Shown piece by piece: positions 19,401 to 27,592 of a stretch of DNA of 64,000 nt. The position numbers were made by a program, and so were the translations under genes. The notes beneath the pieces are model-generated. The model saw only the letters and a list, made by a program, of their open reading frames with translations, was not told the DNA's origin and ran no database searches. Numbering within the stretch: the stretch's first letter is position 1; every line of letters begins with the position of its first letter. The stretch covers positions 32,001 through 96,000 of IMG/VR virus record IMGVR_UViG_3300023184_000035; one strand, written 5' to 3'. The stretch is from a virus.

Positions 19401-20915
19401 TTGACTGACTAGACCAGCACCATAACCAATGGCCACGGCCTGTTCACCTTGACCACTGGTCCCGGCTGTGTTACCAATGGCCACAGAGAAGCGTCCTTGA
19501 CTGAATTGTCCGGCCTTTTGCCCAATGGCCACAGCGTCTTCACCTTGAACATTGTATCCGGCGTCTTCGCCAATGGCCACTGCACGGGTACCTTGTTGGT
19601 AGTAACCCGCCTTGTAGCCCACGGCCACAGCATTGACAGCTTGAGTAAACTCACCAGCATTGGCGCCCACAGCCACTGCATTGGCACTTTGATTGCTATA
19701 ACCAGCAAACTCACCAACAGCCACTGTTCTTATGCTTTGATTCTGCCGACCAGCTGAATAACCAATGGCCACTGCACCATCAGCCTGGAAAGAATATCCT
19801 GCTTGATAACCAACGGCTGTGGAGTATGGACCTTGTCCTATGGTGAATACAAGACTTGCACCATCTGTCAGCGGCGCTGTGGGATACTGATTCAATGTCA
19901 CAACACTGCATCCTGCGCTCTGCACAAATGTGTTGGCAGGAATGTCGGTTCCAGTGACTCGCATTGGGTATACCAAGTTGCTGGCGTCGTTGACGCCGAT
20001 CACAAGGCCCACAAATGTCAAAGAGTCACCAGATGACATGGCTGCTGTGTAGTTTGGAGTGATATCAACTCGGTCTTCGCCAGGGAATATGCCTGTGACC
20101 ACTGTGTTGGCCTGAATGTTGTTGCCAAATACTAGTTGGCTGACCGCAATATTGGCAGTGCTGGCCACATACAATCTGCTGGGCTGAGGTGCTAATACCC
20201 CAGGGGTATAAGTTGTGACCGGTCCTGATCCGCCTTGGGCATCGCTCACACTTCGGTACAAGGTTCCACCAACACCAGCTTGATATCCAATGGCCACACC
20301 GCGGCTTTGATTTTGGTATCCAGCTTGGTAACCAATGGCAATGGAATCTTCACCTTGATACAGACTGCCAGCACTAGAACCAATGGCCACAGCGTGTTGG
20401 GCTTGACTGGTATTACCGGCATTTTGCCCAAACGCCACACTGTCACCTGACGTGTCGTTGAGTAAAGCACCATTGGGCAATGTTATTTTATGATTTAATC
20501 CAAAAGACCATTGTTCTGAGCCGTTGGTAGAGACATAAGCACCTGTGTTATCGACCCACATCCAATTGAGTTCATCATTACTGCCCAATTCTGCATAACC
20601 GCCTGGCCCTGCTATTAAATCAACACCGCCACCAGCATAAGAACCAATTTTACTATTACCGGGTAATGTTAAATTACCAGTTGTGCCAAAGGTCCATACA
20701 CTGTTGGCACTGGCTGATTGTATTGTGACATTACCGTCACTGGTGGCTATGTTGATAATGCTGTTGCCATTGGCAATGGGCAATCCGCCACCAAAATAGT
20801 TGGTTAAATTTGCCCCGGTGATCTGATATGTGACGCCACCTGCCACAACAGGGATTTCAGCGGCGTCTGTCATTGTTGTCAGACTTGGTAGTTGGGAGAT
20901 TTTTACGTTTGCCAT
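16476..20915 (-). CDS. long tail-fibre/adhesin-like protein with YadA-head-like and GNITGGN repeats
   Basis: 1479 aa; MANVKISQL start; many 14-aa AVAIG..AG..Q repeats; internal duplications. Confidence 0.85.
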   Translation of the reverse strand: MANVKISQLPSLTTMTDAAEIPVVAGGVTYQITGANLTNYFGGGLPIANGNSIINIATSDGNVTIQSASANSVWTFGTTGNLTLPGNSKIGSYAGGGVDLIAGPGGYAELGSNDELNWMWVDNTGAYVSTNGSEQWSFGLNHKITLPNGALLNDTSGDSVAFGQNAGNTSQAQHAVAIGSSAGSLYQGEDSIAIGYQAGYQNQSRGVAIGYQAGVGGTLYRSVSDAQGGSGPVTTYTPGVLAPQPSRLYVASTANIAVSQLVFGNNIQANTVVTGIFPGEDRVDITPNYTAAMSSGDSLTFVGLVIGVNDASNLVYPMRVTGTDIPANTFVQSAGCSVVTLNQYPTAPLTDGASLVFTIGQGPYSTAVGYQAGYSFQADGAVAIGYSAGRQNQSIRTVAVGEFAGYSNQSANAVAVGANAGEFTQAVNAVAVGYKAGYYQQGTRAVAIGEDAGYNVQGEDAVAIGQKAGQFSQGRFSVAIGNTAGTSGQGEQAVAIGYGAGLVSQQLSAVAIGANAASYAQGSSAVAIGELSGNTSQGANSVAVGYWAGLYNQLPAAVAIGYAAGQNFQGITAVAIGDSAGAAGTTFGILYQSGSGTAITISPNADIRIGQRITGEFVPDDTFVVNIDPTGEFLDLSQAITGTPDPGTEWTAWQPQGTAAVAIGYAAGQNLQGNSAVAVGDHSGYQDQGINAVAIGTDSGSSNQSANAIAIGTQAGFSNQGSIAVAIGSYAGNTAQGNAAVAVGASAGYVSQGNSAVAVGESAGESSQGNAAVAIGAYAGATSQGNNSIILNATGVALNQTTANTFTVAPVRNDVANIANVMFYNATTKEVTYGNAISVAGNITGGNISTGMITLTNGATITNTVANAVAFGREAGATTQKNFAVAVGWWAGKTTQGNNSVAVGAAAGYDTQGRYSIGIGDTAGGVTQSDQAIAIGASAGQFTQGFSAIAIGSQAGFNLQSANAVAIGVYAGNTNQGNAAVAIGAYAGATSQGNNSIILNATGANLNQTTANTFTVAPVRNDVANIGNVMFYNATSKEITYGNAISVAGNITGSYILGNGSQLTGITGSYGNANVVANLAALGTNPISTTGNITGGNILAGSGVISTGGNVNGATFNGNVAFATGTVSGTGNITGGNIAVSGVLLSTNTVSATGNVTGGNINTGGNISTTGNVIALDIRVGPGITGGTISALGNITSANTLNGAGLSLSGNVVSALVSAANITTTANISGGNILGTHVGNVTGTTVSTTGNITGGNLNAAGLSLSSNVVSALVSAANITTTANISGGNILGTHVGNVTGTTVSTTGNITGGNILFGTGIVSGTGNITGGNVLFGTGIVSGTGNITGGNILFGTGIISGTGNISGNTAGFAIGYRDIPQVSFSANATAALTDAGKHYYSTTAGNLALTLPDNANVAFPVGTALSLVVQAAGNVLVVTQAGTTLYFAGNSTAGNRVVSTYGMATIMKVATNTWFINGTGVT
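17761..18614. repeat. 230-bp intragenic duplication (17761-17990 and 18385-18614)
   Basis: Near-identical copies offset 624 nt. Confidence 0.9.
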
Positions 20916-20925
20916 GTTGTTTTTG

Positions 20926-21066
20926 TTATTCCGTTGTTAAATCATCACCAGATTCGGTTTGTAAATCAAATCCGTCTTCTGTGATGATCAGCAGGATGGG
21001 AATAGGCTCTGAACCTATAAAGATTCCAGGGCCTATAAAGATTCCGGGTCCGATTTCTATATCCAT
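20926..21066 (-). CDS. small virion-associated protein (46 aa, MDIEIGPGIFIGPG..LITEDG.DLQTESG)
   Basis: ORF read by hand, after ATAAATA and AGGA SD. Confidence 0.6.
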   Translation of the reverse strand: MDIEIGPGIFIGPGIFIGSEPIPILLIITEDGFDLQTESGDDLTTE

Positions 21067-21097
21067 GCTTTTTCCTGCTCTTTGTATTTATGCGGCC

Positions 21098-21126
21098 AAA
21101 AAAATAGCACCCCAGGGGGTGCTATC
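21098..21126 (-). terminator. intrinsic terminator after porin
   Basis: Minus strand ATAGCACCCC-CT-GGGGTGCTAT then T-run. Confidence 0.8.
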
Positions 21127-21185
21127 CAAGCTGGTTACGAGTTCCAGCGCCGCTCTATCGTTGCGGTCGGTTTATCTAATGCTGA

Positions 21186-22337
21186 TCAGAAGCGGAACTG
21201 CATGCCAATCGCCACAGCGTGTTGGGCATACTTGCTGTCTGAGTATGTTGATCCGTCTGCATTGGGAATCCAACGATCATAGATTGTGAATGGTGAAACT
21301 GCACCACTAGCACGATCAGCTCTTACATAATCAATAAAGATTTCTGTACGCTTATCAAATGCGTAGGTAGCACCAACAGCAGCCATTTTCACATTGTCAA
21401 TACCGGCAGTGATTTTATCTGTCACACTGTAGTAACCACCGTTCAGGCTCACACGGTCCGAAACTTTGTACTTGGCACCAACAAACCATGTGTCTGCGTC
21501 TGTCTTACCATTTGCATAGCTTGAGCTAGAGTAGTATGTGGTCTGTGACGTTGGGTTACGTGTTTCTGCATAGCCTGCGTTTAGTGTCAATGCAGGAGTA
21601 ACAGCATATTTGGCAGCAACCAAGTCAATGTTTTCGCTGACTACTGTATTGCTCAAACGTGCTTCTTCGTGTGTGTATGCTAGATCCAATGGACCATCAG
21701 TGTAACGAACACCTGCGTTGTAGCTGGACTTGTAGCTGGTGTCACCCAATTGGTTGCCGGCTGCGTATGCATAATCAAACTTCAAACCACCAAAACTGGG
21801 TGATGTGTAACGAATCATGTTGTCAAATCTGCTAACACCTGAACCTGAGTAGAAACCAGCATAACGAGCTACTGATTTAGCACCACCAAAGTTCCAGTTA
21901 CCACGTGAGTCAAACTCATCAAGTACGTTGTACAAGAAGTTCTTGCCACGACCCAATTGTAATTGGCCGTATTCTTTGTTGCTTAGTGCCACGTTGGCTT
22001 CACGGTCAAACAATGTTGTGCCTGCTGAACCTGTTGCGCCAGAGTCTTTACCGGCTGCACCAGTACGTGCGCTGAAGTTACCTTCCATTTGGAAGCTGGC
22101 CTTGAAGCCGTCACCCAGGTCCTGTGAACCTTTGAAGCCAAAGCGATTGCTGTTGTGTAGTTGTTCACCTACACCTGAAAAGTCTTGATTGCTAGAACCA
22201 AAACCACTTCCACTGACTGCGCCAACACCAATAACACCATACAATTCTGTATTGCGAGCTGCGTCCTGTGCCTGTGCTGCGCTGGTAGCGATACCAACGG
22301 TCAACAATGCGGCTAGAACAATTTTTGTAAATTTCAT
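21186..22337 (-). CDS. Gram-negative trimeric porin (Neisseria/Burkholderia type)
   Basis: Signal peptide, LYG, SNRFGFKGSQDLG, LFDREANV, RFDN.IRYTSP, C-terminal F. Confidence 0.92.
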   Translation of the reverse strand: MKFTKIVLAALLTVGIATSAAQAQDAARNTELYGVIGVGAVSGSGFGSSNQDFSGVGEQLHNSNRFGFKGSQDLGDGFKASFQMEGNFSARTGAAGKDSGATGSAGTTLFDREANVALSNKEYGQLQLGRGKNFLYNVLDEFDSRGNWNFGGAKSVARYAGFYSGSGVSRFDNMIRYTSPSFGGLKFDYAYAAGNQLGDTSYKSSYNAGVRYTDGPLDLAYTHEEARLSNTVVSENIDLVAAKYAVTPALTLNAGYAETRNPTSQTTYYSSSSYANGKTDADTWFVGAKYKVSDRVSLNGGYYSVTDKITAGIDNVKMAAVGATYAFDKRTEIFIDYVRADRASGAVSPFTIYDRWIPNADGSTYSDSKYAQHAVAIGMQFRF

Positions 22338-22365
22338 AGTTTCTCCTTTTTAATTTACTCTTAAT

Positions 22366-22393
22366 AGTATAACATATTATGTAGCTTTGTCAA
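22366..22393 (-). promoter_or_regulatory. sigma70-type promoter for porin
   Basis: TTGACA-16nt-TATACT on minus strand. Confidence 0.6.
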
Positions 22394-22404
22394 GCCTGCA
22401 TAAT

Positions 22405-23421
22405 TTATTTCTTGATCTGTGTCCAAACGTCACTGCGGATGCGATCCGTTAGTGATTTTGGCAATGGCACGTAATCAAGATCAGCAGCCATTTTACCACC
22501 ATTCACAAATGCCCAGTCAAAGAACTTGATGGTTTCTTGGCTGTTCTTTGCATTTTTTGGTTCACGGTACATCAACACAAATGTTGCGCCTGTGATGGGC
22601 CATGATTGTGCGCCCTTTTGATTTACCAAACTGATACCCATGCCTGGAACTGAGAACCAGTCTGCACCCTTGGCAGCTGACGCAAACGTTTCATCATCAG
22701 GTTCCACCCACTTGCCATCGCGATTTTGCAATTTAACATGGGTCATTTTGTTCTTTTTAGCATAAGCATATTCCACGTATCCAATTGAATTCTTCACACG
22801 ACTCACATTGGCTGCAACACCCTCGTTGCCCTTGCCACCCACACTACTGGTAGCAGGCCATTTGACAGCGGCACCCCGGCCAACTTCTTCTTTCCAAACG
22901 GCGCTGACTTCAGTCAAGTAGTCTGTGAAAATAAATGTTGTTCCTGACCCATCTGCACGATGCACCACTGTGATGTTGGCATCGGGCAATTTTACTTTGG
23001 GATTTAACTCTTGAATACGTCGGTCATTCCACATAACAATGTGACCAACAAATATCTTGGCCAAGACTTCACCAGTTAACTGTAACTCGCCAGGTTTAAC
23101 GCCTTCTACATTGATCACAGGAACAACACCGCCCAGCACTGTGGGGAATTGTACAAGTCCTGCGGCTGTTAAATCATCACCTTTAAGGGGTGCATCTGTT
23201 GCGCCAAAGTCCACTGTGGCTGCTTTGATTTGCTTGATACCACCTGAACTGCCAATGCTTTGATAGTTAAGTTCAATGCCAGCTTTTTCCTTGTATGCTT
23301 CTGACCACTTGCTATAAATGGGAAAGGGGAAGGTTGCGCCTGCCCCTGTGATTGTTTCTGAATTTGCCTGCGGGCTCATCAAATACAATGACGCCGCAAT
23401 TACTGCTAAGATTTTTTTCAT
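22405..23421 (-). CDS. pstS: phosphate ABC transporter periplasmic binding protein PstS
   Basis: GAGATFP, YQSIGSSGG, VDFGATD, HRADGSGTT, GKGNEGV, IGYVE. Confidence 0.97.
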   Translation of the reverse strand: MKKILAVIAASLYLMSPQANSETITGAGATFPFPIYSKWSEAYKEKAGIELNYQSIGSSGGIKQIKAATVDFGATDAPLKGDDLTAAGLVQFPTVLGGVVPVINVEGVKPGELQLTGEVLAKIFVGHIVMWNDRRIQELNPKVKLPDANITVVHRADGSGTTFIFTDYLTEVSAVWKEEVGRGAAVKWPATSSVGGKGNEGVAANVSRVKNSIGYVEYAYAKKNKMTHVKLQNRDGKWVEPDDETFASAAKGADWFSVPGMGISLVNQKGAQSWPITGATFVLMYREPKNAKNSQETIKFFDWAFVNGGKMAADLDYVPLPKSLTDRIRSDVWTQIKK

Positions 23422-23473
23422 GTGTTTGTTCCTTTGTGAATGTGCAATGCACAAATTATTTAAACACAAAGAT

Positions 23474-23491
23474 GTTACAGTAGTGTTACAG
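23474..23491 (-). promoter_or_regulatory. Pho box upstream of pstS
   Basis: Minus strand CTGTAAC-ACTA-CTGTAAC, then 10 nt, then TTAAATAAT. Confidence 0.85.
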
Positions 23492-23638
23492 TTTCTTGAC
23501 TGATTTGTTCTTTTTGACAGGACCAGTTGATTTGGCTTCTTCCAGCATGCGCTCTGTGGCGGGAGTGTTTTGGGGAGGATGATATACGTGGGGTTTCGGG
23601 GGTTCGTGCCGTCTTGGGGCTCGCTTAAACCAACTCAT
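23486..23638 (-). CDS. small basic hypothetical protein (50 aa, MSWFKRAPRR...)
   Basis: ORF read by hand with AAGGA SD. Confidence 0.5.
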   Translation of the reverse strand: MSWFKRAPRRHEPPKPHVYHPPQNTPATERMLEEAKSTGPVKKNKSVKKL

Positions 23639-23697
23639 AGGCGTTTCCTTTGCAGGTTAAAATACTTATTACATGTGTTTGAGATATAAACTCCCAG

Positions 23698-24903
23698 TTA
23701 TTGCTGGTTTATAAGTTCTTCAATTTGAGCAAGATGTTGCCCTGTACAGTGTTGTTGCATTGTGCGCATGGCATGATCCATGTTTGCTTTGTATTCATTT
23801 ATGACTTGATCATGCAACCCATTGAAAAATCGCTGTTTGTTACGCTTGGCAATGGCATTCAACTTGATGTAAAGTTGATTTTTTGATTCAAGACTCATTG
23901 AAGAAATCCTGGTCATTTCTGCAATCACAGCCTGCAATCTCTGTCGGTGATTGACAATTTGATCATAACTCTCGTCAATCAATTCACCAAAAGTTTCAAA
24001 TCCGTATTGTTTTAAATATTGTAAACTTCCTGGAGTGGCCATCAATATAAAAGGTTTGCCACAGGCAATGGGTCGCAAAGTTTTTTCAGTCAAGTGCCAG
24101 CGATGATCATCAAACACCGTCTCCAGCACAACTTCAATGCCAGTGGTAGCATAATCTTCACTGCAATAGTCTGCGCTGGCCGCAGAGTCATGTGTATTGA
24201 GTCTCAGCTCATCGTGCAGATTGTAGTTGACAATTTTAAACTGATCATTTGCAAATTGATGGGTGCTGTAATGCTCGCCGTCTTCGGGATCAAAGCTGAT
24301 GTTGCAATATTGTTCTAGTCTGTTGGCCAATAGTTGTTCCGCAAAACACAGTCGATATTCTCTAGTGCCAGCCCAGGCCCGATTGTAGATCAAAAAATCT
24401 TGTTGGATCGTTGACAGGTCAAACTCCAGCATGGGATCATGTTCAGCATACCTAAACCAATCTTGTGCAATCACAGCATGGCTCCAGTAGTAAACAGGAA
24501 CAAATCCACACTGTGCAAAAACATCAACTTCTGCACTGTGCCATTCAGAATGCACCAAAATTGTAAGATCGTACTGATTCACACAACATGTTATTCCTCT
24601 AAAATGTTGCCGGGACAAGTAGTCCAGCACTGAATTGGCCAACATTGCTGGCCGATTATCACGCAAGAACAACATCTCTGCACAATTCTTTATTTGTTCT
24701 GCGGAGTAAAAAGCATGATTCAATGGTTCTTGATCATGAAATACAGCAATTGGACTGTGATACCATTTGACTTCTGGGTAATTCATCAGTTGGTCCAGAT
24801 CTTCAAGTTTTCTTGAGCCATGTGGTGCCCAGCGATAAATTAGTAAATCATGGTTGACACAGTCAGCCAAATAGTGATATAATCTGTCTAAAGGAACACT
24901 CAT
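23698..24903 (-). CDS. hypothetical protein with GT10-like C-terminal motif
   Basis: VVLET..HLTEKTLRPI..KPF..GFETF..IDESYD; paralog of 4906..5856. Confidence 0.65.
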   Translation of the reverse strand: MSVPLDRLYHYLADCVNHDLLIYRWAPHGSRKLEDLDQLMNYPEVKWYHSPIAVFHDQEPLNHAFYSAEQIKNCAEMLFLRDNRPAMLANSVLDYLSRQHFRGITCCVNQYDLTILVHSEWHSAEVDVFAQCGFVPVYYWSHAVIAQDWFRYAEHDPMLEFDLSTIQQDFLIYNRAWAGTREYRLCFAEQLLANRLEQYCNISFDPEDGEHYSTHQFANDQFKIVNYNLHDELRLNTHDSAASADYCSEDYATTGIEVVLETVFDDHRWHLTEKTLRPIACGKPFILMATPGSLQYLKQYGFETFGELIDESYDQIVNHRQRLQAVIAEMTRISSMSLESKNQLYIKLNAIAKRNKQRFFNGLHDQVINEYKANMDHAMRTMQQHCTGQHLAQIEELINQQ

Positions 24904-26145
24904 ATGAAAAAAATTGGTTTTATTGGGATTGGCAAGTTGGGTCTCGATTGTGCAGAAGTCATGGCTGAGAAGCATGAAGTACGGGGTTACGATATTTACC
25001 CACGCTCTAGCGACTCAGTAAAAGTCTGTGGCATTGACGAGCTAGTGAACGAAAGCGAATGGATCTTTATTGCTGTGCCCACACCACATGCACCAGGCTA
25101 CGATGGATCAGTGCCCAGCAGCCACATGGAGCCTCGAGACTTTGGGCATGACGCTGTGATTGATGCTATTAAGAATGTGAACCGGTATGCAACCACACCC
25201 AAAAAGGTTGTGTTGATCAGTACTGTATTACCAGGTACCACACGCAAACACTTTTATCCATTACTGGATTCAAAACATCAGTTCCTGTACAACCCTTACT
25301 TGATTGCCATGGGCAGTGTGAAGTGGGATATGATTAATCCTGAAATGGTCATGATTGGAACAGAAGATGGCAACCCCAATGCCTTGGCAGGTGAACTAAT
25401 AGACCTGTACAAGACCATCATGGCGAACGATCCACGTTACGAAATTGGCACCTGGGACGAATGCGAAGCCATCAAGATCTTCTACAACACATTCATCTCT
25501 GCCAAAGTTGGCTTGGTCAACATGATTCAAGACTTTGCACTACGCATTGGCAACATCAATGTTGATGTAGTTACAGATGCTCTAGCACGTAGCACCATGC
25601 GTATCATGGGACCCAAGTACATGACAGCAGGCATGGGCGATGCAGGTGCATGTCATCCCAGAGACAACATTGCCCTGCGTTGGTTGGCCAAGGAATACAA
25701 CATTGGATATGACTTGTTTGACACTGTGATGCATGCACGTGAAGTGCAGGCCAAGAACTTGGCCATGTACTTGTTGGACCTGAGTGTGATGAACAACGAT
25801 ATGCCCATTGTGATCCATGGCAAAGCATACAAGCCTGATGTTGAGTATTGCATTGGATCTTACTCAACACTTGTGGGACACTACATTGAACAAGAAGGCC
25901 GTCAAGTTGTATACGTTGATCCCTTGGCAGATGATCCCACTAATGTTGTGGCCACTGTGGACACTCCGGCAATCTTTTTGTGGGCACACAACCGCAAAAT
26001 CACATACGAATACACAGGTGATCAATTGGACACACTGCCCTACTGCAACATCATGTCAGGCAGTATCATTGTTGATCCATGGCGCAAACTAACATCAACT
26101 CCCGAGGTCGAAGTTGTCCACTACGGTAACACCCGAGTTCATTAA
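24904..26145 (+). CDS. UDP-glucose/GDP-mannose dehydrogenase family protein
   Basis: GIGKLG, FIAVPTP, ISTVLPGTT, YNP, E.IKIFYN, GACHPRD, AYKP. Confidence 0.92.
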   Translation: MKKIGFIGIGKLGLDCAEVMAEKHEVRGYDIYPRSSDSVKVCGIDELVNESEWIFIAVPTPHAPGYDGSVPSSHMEPRDFGHDAVIDAIKNVNRYATTPKKVVLISTVLPGTTRKHFYPLLDSKHQFLYNPYLIAMGSVKWDMINPEMVMIGTEDGNPNALAGELIDLYKTIMANDPRYEIGTWDECEAIKIFYNTFISAKVGLVNMIQDFALRIGNINVDVVTDALARSTMRIMGPKYMTAGMGDAGACHPRDNIALRWLAKEYNIGYDLFDTVMHAREVQAKNLAMYLLDLSVMNNDMPIVIHGKAYKPDVEYCIGSYSTLVGHYIEQEGRQVVYVDPLADDPTNVVATVDTPAIFLWAHNRKITYEYTGDQLDTLPYCNIMSGSIIVDPWRKLTSTPEVEVVHYGNTRVH

Positions 26146-26641
26146 GTATCACATCCCAGTGTTCTGGGATGATGAGTACTGCAGGCTGGACTATGTTAAC
26201 GAATCGTTTAACGACCCAGCCAGCGTGGAACTATGGACCAGCCAAGGCTACACCAATCAGTTCACTGGTGACATGTGCGATATGCGCAGTCAGCAACCAA
26301 GGTGGAACAAAACATTCCTAGACATCTATACTGAAATGGGCTGGAAAGACATCGGCACCAGTTACTACAGAATGAACACTGGCACAGTGTTGCCCATGCA
26401 TCAAGACTTGTACGTGAAATACATCCGGTTATTCAACTTGGCAGGTCAAGAACATCGCATACGCAGAGCCATTGTGTTTTTGGATGATTGGAAAAGTGGA
26501 CACTATTTTGAAGGTGCCCAAGCACCGGTCACACAATGGAGAGCTGGTGATGTGATTGAATGGATGTATGATGCACCTCATATGGCTGCCAACATTGGAC
26601 TAGAGCCCAGATACACACTACAAATAACAGGATGGGTATGA
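26114..26641 (+). CDS. putative 2OG-Fe(II) oxygenase/cupin
   Basis: PMHQD and distal HMAAN..RYTLQITG. Confidence 0.65.
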   Translation: MSTTVTPEFIKYHIPVFWDDEYCRLDYVNESFNDPASVELWTSQGYTNQFTGDMCDMRSQQPRWNKTFLDIYTEMGWKDIGTSYYRMNTGTVLPMHQDLYVKYIRLFNLAGQEHRIRRAIVFLDDWKSGHYFEGAQAPVTQWRAGDVIEWMYDAPHMAANIGLEPRYTLQITGWV

Positions 26642-27555
26642 TTTCAACATACAACGAATGGGACCCACTGAAACGCATTGTGGTAGGTCGTGCTGACACT
26701 GCCAACTGGCCTGTGAATGATCCTGTGTTTAAAAACGAGGGCGAGAAGACCACCTGGAAGGAAACTCCTGTACCGCGTGGGCCTGTGGCACAATGGATTA
26801 TAGATGAAGCCAATGAAGACCTTGACATCTTGACCAAGACATTGCAGGACTTGGGGGTTGTTGTAGAACGTCCAGATCCTTGTTTGAACTTTCAAACACA
26901 TGACGGTCTCAGTGCCTACTGCCCTAGAGACCGGTTGTTGGTATATGGCAGTACCATTGTGAATCCTGTGATGATGTACCCCTGCAGAGACATGGAAGCA
27001 CAGTGCTACTACGACATCATTGACAAAGCTGAACACTACCTGCACATGCCCAGAAACGAAGGCATGGTGCTGGAAGCAGCCAATGTGTGCAGACTCAATG
27101 ATTCATGGTTGGTATTGGAATCTGCAGGATGCAACACACCTGCCTTAAACTGGTTGCGGGATCACTTCCCTGACGTCAAGATAGAAAGTTGCAACTTCTA
27201 TGCTGGTGTGCATATTGATAGCACCATTGTGCCCATACGTGAAGGTTTGGTGCTGTTGAATGGTGCCAGAGTAAATGACAGCAACTGCCCAGAAGTGTTC
27301 CGTACATGGGACAAGATCTACGTGGATGATGTTGTGGCACAAGGATTTCATGAGTATCCTTATGCATCAAAATGGGTGGGTATGAACATGCTGGCCGTTA
27401 ATCCAAATACTGTGATTATGGATCGGAACCAACCCAACCTAATTGCCCAACTAGAACAACGCAACTTCACAGTGATTCCGTTGGAATTGCGCCACAGTCG
27501 CACACTGGGCGGTGGATTCCATTGTGTCACACTGGATCTTGTGCGTTCAAATTGA
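26638..27555 (+). CDS. amidinotransferase (AGAT/StrB1 family)
   Basis: YNEWDPLK.IVVG, CPRD, HIDST, SRTLGGGFHCVTLD. Confidence 0.92.
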   Translation: MISTYNEWDPLKRIVVGRADTANWPVNDPVFKNEGEKTTWKETPVPRGPVAQWIIDEANEDLDILTKTLQDLGVVVERPDPCLNFQTHDGLSAYCPRDRLLVYGSTIVNPVMMYPCRDMEAQCYYDIIDKAEHYLHMPRNEGMVLEAANVCRLNDSWLVLESAGCNTPALNWLRDHFPDVKIESCNFYAGVHIDSTIVPIREGLVLLNGARVNDSNCPEVFRTWDKIYVDDVVAQGFHEYPYASKWVGMNMLAVNPNTVIMDRNQPNLIAQLEQRNFTVIPLELRHSRTLGGGFHCVTLDLVRSN

Positions 27556-27592
27556 GATTGACCAATAAAGACAATTCATGTATACTACACAC

